Positions 5,701-9,634 of a stretch of 9,634 bases of DNA are shown here, one piece after another; the stretch's first letter is position 1, and each line of letters begins with the position of its first letter. The position numbers were made by a program, and so were the translations under genes. The notes under the pieces are model-generated. The model saw nothing but the letters and a program-made list of their open reading frames with translations. It searched no databases and was not told where the DNA came from. This DNA is from Thecamonas trahens ATCC 50062 (lineage: Eukaryota; Protista; Apusomonadida). Location: the NCBI RefSeq assembly GCF_000142905.1, contig NW_013657589.1, positions 1-9,634 of the forward strand. The letters are read 5' to 3'.

Positions 5701-8595
5701 ACTGACGGTGGTGCCGTGTGGGCAAGTGCCGACACCATCGTCGCCATCACCGACGGGTCGAGCTTATCTGCGAACTCTGCCGGTAGCAATGGTGGCTGTC
5801 TAGCCGCACTGGCAGGATCGCAGCTTGTGGCCATCAACGCCACTTTTGTGGGCAACATGGCAAATGGCGATGGTGGTGCGGTATGGGCCGACACTAACAC
5901 CATTGTGACTCTAGACGGGCTAGGCCTGTTTGCGAACTCGGCCGGTCGCGACGGCGGCGGCCTTATCGCCCTCTCTGGATCGCACGTTGCTGTCACAAAC
6001 TCGGCCATCGACACAAACTCGGCCGGTCGTGACGGAGGCGGCTTTTCTGCGTCCGACAACACCCACCTCACGCTCACTGGCTGTTCTTTGGACAGAAACA
6101 CCGCTGACGGTCTCGGCGGCGGCCTCTTTCTCTCTCCGTTCACCGTCGCCAACGTGTCGAACTCTGCCATCACCGCCAACACCGCCAGTTCTGGCGGCGG
6201 CCTTGCTGTATCCGCCGACCCCACATCGACTGCCAGCGCGGTCTCCGTCGTCGATATTCCCGCCACATCGCCTTCCTCCTTGCATGCCCTCCTCCTTGAT
6301 GACACCACGATCGCTGCCAACACTGCATCTCGGGTCGGCGGCGGCATCTTTGTGTGCGGGGCCCAAGCCGCTGTCTCTGGTGACCGCTCGACCTGGTCCG
6401 CCAATGCCGCCCTCTGGTCGCCCACGACCCGCTCATCCGCCGATGCATTCGAGTGTGGCGGCGGGCCGTGGCTCGACACCAGCGCGGCTCAGCCCGGCCT
6501 CGGCTCGCCTGACATCCAAGGCCCACCCGCCACTCTCGCCTGGGCCGTCGAGCCTACACCAGTCGTCGAGGCCGGAGGCGTCGTCACCGGCGCGGTCCGC
6601 GTCCACGACGCCTTGGGTCGGAGTGTGGTCTACCGTACCACCATCGCGCAGACAACCTATTCCCCGTCGCCGGTGCTTCCACTGTTTGATCTGCCCGACA
6701 TCCTGCTCGAGTCACCCAACGTGGCACTGCCTTCGGCCACGCTTTCCATCGTCGATGGCGCGCTCGTACCTGCCACCGTGACGTTCTCGGTCTCTCTCGT
6801 CACCGACGGCTCCGACCGCGGCCTTCCGGTGCCGCCTCTTCCAGGCTCGGTTGATGTTGTTCCCTGTGGACTCGGCCGCGGCGGCGTGACCGAAGACGGC
6901 GTCACCACCTGCGCGCCCTGCCTCGTCGGGTCCGAGTCGCTTGAAGTTTCGCTGGCCCCTTGCACCGTCCAGTCATCTTGCCCGACCAACACCCTCCGGC
7001 TTGCAGCCAACACAACCAACGAGCCTTGTGTGTGCGCGCCCGGCTTCTACACTCCATCGGGCCGGTTCAACGAGCCATGTATTGCATGCCCGCCCGGCGG
7101 TCGCTGCACGGGCGGCACAGCTCGACCTGTGGCCGGCCCGGGCTTCTTTCCGGACGAAAGCGACCCAACGCTCTTCCTCGCCTGCCCCAACCCCGATGCC
7201 TGTGCTGGCGAAGGTCAATGCCAGGCCGGATATGGCGGCCGGCTGTGCGCGCAATGCCTGCCCAACTACTATCGCCTCCGCGGAAAGTGCTTTGCGTGCA
7301 AGGCGGGCGTCAACACATTCGTCACGGTGCTTCTGGTACTGGCGGCGCTTGTTGTTGCGGCTGCGCTGGTGAGCTTCAGCCTGGCCGAGGCGGTGCGGTA
7401 CAAGTTTGCAGCCGCCATGATCGGGCTCAACGCTCTGCAAATATCCGCCCTCTACGGGAGGCTCGAGCTCGACTGGGGTCCCGTTGCCGCGGTGTATTTT
7501 GACATCGCGTCGTTTGTCAACCTCAACCTCGAGCTCACCAGCCCCGAGTGCAGCCTGGCCTCAGGCGCCGACGCTTGGGTGATCAAACTGGTGTTGACGC
7601 TAGTCCTGCCAATCCTAGCTGCGGCCGCTATCCTGGTCGTCGGCTGCGGGTTTGCTGCTGGCATCACGATCAAGCTTCGGCCGGTCGCAAGCTACAGCCT
7701 GGGCCAGCTTGCCGGCGCATGCAAGCGCGCATGGTTTCAGAGCTTGGTCCTTCTTTACCTGCCGCTCACCGGCGCCGCGTTCTCAGTCTTCGGGTGCCGG
7801 CGCGATGAGGCAGGGAGGTGGGTGCTCGATGCCGATCCGGTGCGGAGCTGCTACAACTCGGCCTGGTGGACCGGGCTGTTCCCCATTGGACTTGCTGGCA
7901 TCGTCGTGTATGCCGTCGCCATTCCTGGGTGCGTGGTGTGGGTGCTGCGCCGTGCGCGCGATCGCATGGAGGCGACAACCTTTGCAGCGCGATACGGGTT
8001 TCTGGTCGGTCGTTTTACTAGTTCGCACTGGTGGTTCGAAGCTGCCATCATGGCCCGCAAGCTCATGGTGGTCATGTGCATGACGTTCTTTTTCACTGAC
8101 GAAGGCAAGGCCAACGGCGCGGTGTTTGCGCTGGTGGGCTCATTCGCCCAGCTCATCTATGCGCAGCCGTACGGTCGCTCCTTCCACAACGCACTAGCAG
8201 TGACGGTGCTAGCGGCGACCATGTCTGTGCTCTACGCCGGCACGTTTGATGACTACACGCTGCGGATGGTCGGAGTGGTCGTCGGAGTGGTGGCCACCAT
8301 GGCCGCTATTGTCATCGGCAACGGCATCGATTTGTGGCTCATTGCGCGGCACGAGCGGCAAGCTGACGAAGAGTACTTTCAGAGCGGCGTATCTGATTTT
8401 GCTACTAGCGCTGCTACGCCGGTGGGCGGAGGCAGCTTTGGTAACGATGTCGAGTTGGACAAGGGTAGGCTTGGATCGGACGAGCCCGTCAATAGCCACT
8501 CCATCGAGATGTTCTCCGTCGGAGGCGAAGCCGATGACTCGATCTCGTTGGGGCTACATTCAGCAAACGCGCCATCAATGTACACCATTGATTAA
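2764..8595 (+). CDS. Large multi-pass cell-surface receptor/adhesin: signal peptide, 14 FG-GAP/VCBS repeats, PMP-like beta-helix, Cys-rich module, TRP-like multi-TM domain
   Basis: Uninterrupted ORF 2638..8595 ending in TAA at 8593-8595. ATG 2764 (gtcATGG) or ATG 2791 is preferred over 2638 because it places the hydrophobic stretch WFWVGVLVLLLCVLVEA near the N-terminus as a signal peptide. The domain succession is coherent along the whole ORF and no intron is needed. Confidence 0.93.
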   Translation: MGYKACGAGMTRSSRVWFWVGVLVLLLCVLVEAAVVGGGGFVPSQRPNIPQCRAELAAVEYVVSMAANGANSVIAADIDGDCDLDLASASSLDDKIAWYENIDGNGTFGPQQVVSTAASSARSVIAADIDGDGDLDLASASYDDDKIAWYENTDGAGTFGPQQVVSTAADDARSVIAADIDGDGDLDLASASYSDDKIAWYENTDGAGTFGPQQVVSTAADFAHSVIAADIDGDGDLDLVSASWNDDKIAWYENTDGAGTFGPQQVVSTAADGARSVIAADIDGDGDLDLASASGNDNKIAWYENTDGAGSFGPQQVVSMAANGANSVIAADIDGDGDLDLASASSSDNKMAWYENIDGAGTFGPQQVVSTAADDARSVIAADIDGDGDLDLASASYSDDKIAWYANTDVAESFGPQQVVSTAADDAWSVIAADIDGDGDLDLASASRDDDKIAWYENTDGAGTFGPQQVVSTAADFAHSVIAADIDGDGDLDLASASYSDDKIAWYENTNGAGSFGPQQVVSTAAYWAQSVIAADIDGDGDMDLASASLRDDKIAWYENLYGNGTFGPQQVVSTAADGARSVIAADIDGDGDLDLASASAGSHPVYDGMIAWYENTDGAGSFGPHQVVSTAVRGAYSVIAADIDGDGDLDLASASEHDDKIAWYENLYGNGTFGPQQVASTAVGGAFSVIAADIDGDGDLDLASASGLGFNGKIAWYENTDGAGSFGPQQVVSTAVNGAVSVIAADMDGDGDLDLASASQDDDKIAWYPRFSRGPFHVYAATTHTFEPSCMSFNPLVVCLSSALTSLSRCARDTLLLPQGQYSCFRDKHLNIIGKSIILAPAESGTVTFACNGNALFRLTSTPNSHTELDLVGLRLENLGNSHATPIVGSSGLRVEDGNSILRLRNVTIDGGSSPSTSHQLDGGRGGCILVTDGAKVEIVNSTLTRCTAGSDGGAVALMDPESELVLKRARIELSTAGTDGGAVWASADTIVAITDGSSLSANSAGSNGGCLAALAGSQLVAINATFVGNMANGDGGAVWADTNTIVTLDGLGLFANSAGRDGGGLIALSGSHVAVTNSAIDTNSAGRDGGGFSASDNTHLTLTGCSLDRNTADGLGGGLFLSPFTVANVSNSAITANTASSGGGLAVSADPTSTASAVSVVDIPATSPSSLHALLLDDTTIAANTASRVGGGIFVCGAQAAVSGDRSTWSANAALWSPTTRSSADAFECGGGPWLDTSAAQPGLGSPDIQGPPATLAWAVEPTPVVEAGGVVTGAVRVHDALGRSVVYRTTIAQTTYSPSPVLPLFDLPDILLESPNVALPSATLSIVDGALVPATVTFSVSLVTDGSDRGLPVPPLPGSVDVVPCGLGRGGVTEDGVTTCAPCLVGSESLEVSLAPCTVQSSCPTNTLRLAANTTNEPCVCAPGFYTPSGRFNEPCIACPPGGRCTGGTARPVAGPGFFPDESDPTLFLACPNPDACAGEGQCQAGYGGRLCAQCLPNYYRLRGKCFACKAGVNTFVTVLLVLAALVVAAALVSFSLAEAVRYKFAAAMIGLNALQISALYGRLELDWGPVAAVYFDIASFVNLNLELTSPECSLASGADAWVIKLVLTLVLPILAAAAILVVGCGFAAGITIKLRPVASYSLGQLAGACKRAWFQSLVLLYLPLTGAAFSVFGCRRDEAGRWVLDADPVRSCYNSAWWTGLFPIGLAGIVVYAVAIPGCVVWVLRRARDRMEATTFAARYGFLVGRFTSSHWWFEAAIMARKLMVVMCMTFFFTDEGKANGAVFALVGSFAQLIYAQPYGRSFHNALAVTVLAATMSVLYAGTFDDYTLRMVGVVVGVVATMAAIVIGNGIDLWLIARHERQADEEYFQSGVSDFATSAATPVGGGSFGNDVELDKGRLGSDEPVNSHSIEMFSVGGEADDSISLGLHSANAPSMYTID
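2947..5070 (+). repeat. Coding tandem array of 14 x 153-nt (51-aa) FG-GAP/VCBS-type beta-propeller blades with DxDxDG Ca2+-binding loops
   Basis: Units start at 2947, 3100, 3253, 3406, 3559, 3712, 3865, 4018, 4171, 4324, 4477, 4645, 4798 and 4957. Unit 11 is 168 nt, unit 13 is 159 nt and unit 14 is partial. Consensus: VVSTAAxxAxSVIAADIDGDGDLDLASASxxDDKIAWYENTDGAGTFGPQQ. Confidence 0.97.
5533..6354 (+). repeat. Polymorphic-membrane-protein-like / pectin-lyase-fold beta-helix repeats (about 10 degenerate units)
   Basis: Recurring (N)xAxxxGG[AGC][VLIF] motifs, mostly about 28 aa apart: GGRGGCI, CTAGSDGGAV, STAGTDGGAVW, NSAGSNGGCL, NMANGDGGAVW, NSAGRDGGGL, NSAGRDGGGF, NTADGLGGGLF, NTASSGGGLA, NTASRVGGGIF. 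Confidence 0.85.
6865..7299 (+). other. Juxtamembrane cysteine-rich module (GCC2/GCC3 ephrin-receptor-like CxxC repeats)
   Basis: CAPCLVGS, CVCAPGFY, CIACPPGGRC, CPNPDAC, CQAGYGGRLCAQCLPNYY...CFAC, immediately before the first TM helix. Confidence 0.8.
7318..8340 (+). other. Multi-pass membrane domain (about 9 hydrophobic segments), TRP-like FLC/Pkd2-related protist receptor type
   Basis: Hydrophobic helices plus characteristic motifs NALQI, WGP, LYLP...FGC, DPVRSCY...WW, RYGFL (7990), WWFEAAIMARKL (8029-8064) and QPY (8164-8172), followed by an acidic tail. Family assignment is from motif recall. Confidence 0.7.
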
Positions 8596-8689
8596 ATATG
8601 AATGCGTTGTCAGTCACCGAACCCACAAGTGTTCGATTCGGCTGTGGGCGGAGGGAGTGGCGGGTACGGCGAATGAGCCTGAAGATTGA

Positions 8690-9634
8690 TGTGGGTGGAC
8701 GAATTGAAGAAGATGCAATGGTGTGGGTGTGAGGGATGACGGTGGAGGGGCTTGGGCGGCGAGGGCGACGAGGGCGGATGGGAATGGATTGAGATGGACG
8801 TTGATGGAGACGATGGCTTGGGATTGGAAGAGAGGGCAGACCACTGCACTCTAGCCCATCACTGCATTGGCTATCGCTTGCCCTTGCCCTCTCTTGTTCT
8901 TCCTTGTCTTGGCCAGTCCGGAGGTCTCGTCGTCTGGCTCGGTGGTCGGCGGCAGGGGCGGCTGGCGATGAGCAGGCCGGCGGGGGCTGTGATGAGCAAG
9001 GCCGGAGGAAGGAGGGGAGGATTGGGTTGGAGGGCGGACTGGTAGGCATTGACAATGCAGTGGCTATCTCTATGTATAGCCTCCAATGCCCTGTCGATGG
9101 CTAGCTTGCTCTCGGTGGTGCCGGCGGTGGTCGGTCGGTGGCAAGCAGCAGCCGGTCGGCACCGATGCTGTTGACGGAATGGCGTCGGCTGATGTGCGTA
9201 TCGGCGCACGTGAAGTGGGTGGCTATATTTGCAGGGGTAGTGAGTATGTGTGGTGTGGGTGTGGTGGTTGTGGGTGGACAGGTTGGGGAGTGGGGGTCGG
9301 AGATGGGCCCGGGGAGGAGGGGTCAGCAGCATCGAAGGGACACAGGGCCAACAACTTGGGCCTGAGGCGGCAGAACTCGGATTCCGGAATACAGCAGCTG
9401 TGGATTGGAAACTGCGCATGGGGGTAGTGTGTGTATGTAGTAGAGTAGTAGCGAAATCAGATTGGTCATATCTTGCAATGAGGTTGGTGGGGGGCATGTG
9501 CGGGGTCGGGCGGTCGAGGACGTGCTCAACCGCCTAGGCAAAACAAGCCGACACGGAAATGAGCCGAGGAAGATGGGTGTCGATGACAGCGATATTTGTA
9601 CTGGTGATAGTGTGAGGTGAGTGATGACCAGTTA
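8690..9634. other. Strand-skewed (G-rich on +) low-complexity intergenic or decayed sequence with short local duplications
   Basis: GT/GA-rich tracts (e.g. 9247-9300) and an imperfect ~25-nt tandem pair at 8960-8983 / 8985-9008. The ORFs here are Pro/Ser/His- or Gly/Trp-biased with no recognisable domain. Confidence 0.5.

Noticed and set aside
5115-6479. 454-aa antisense ORF and overlapping alternative-frame ORFs
   Set aside because: These mirror a GC-rich coding strand; the PP motifs are simply antisense of the GG motifs.
7318-8340. Calling the protein a classical 7TM or adhesion GPCR, or an integrin alpha
   Set aside because: There are about nine hydrophobic segments, no GPS/GAIN motif and no single-TM GFFKR tail. 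The motifs fit the TRP-like family better.
9179-9382. FHA-like motif on the minus strand (VLPPQAQVVG ... THFTCADTHISRRH) split by an intron-like CA-rich tract ending AG at 9224-9223
   Set aside because: The conserved GR arginine is absent, the only nearby GT donor gives the wrong phase, and the frame soon hits a stop. Probably coincidental.

Overview
GC-rich DNA that looks eukaryotic (microbial eukaryote; the receptor architecture is reminiscent of apusomonad/Thecamonas-type genes, which is inference). The window is dominated by one intronless ~5.8 kb gene (+, probable start 2764, stop 8595) for a giant surface receptor. Its parts are a signal peptide, 14 near-identical 153-nt FG-GAP/VCBS beta-propeller repeats with five hypervariable positions, a GG-rich PMP-like beta-helix, a Cys-rich module and a ~9-TM TRP-like (FLC/Pkd2-type) membrane domain. 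Upstream, two 5'-truncated relics abut head-to-head: a frameshifted TIR plus NB-ARC-start (NLR-like) gene on the minus strand and a frameshifted hAT transposase with a candidate right terminus on the plus strand. The last ~1 kb is strand-skewed, low-complexity and has no convincing gene. The most interesting signal is the repeat array, which looks like a combinatorially shuffled, variable-paratope receptor.
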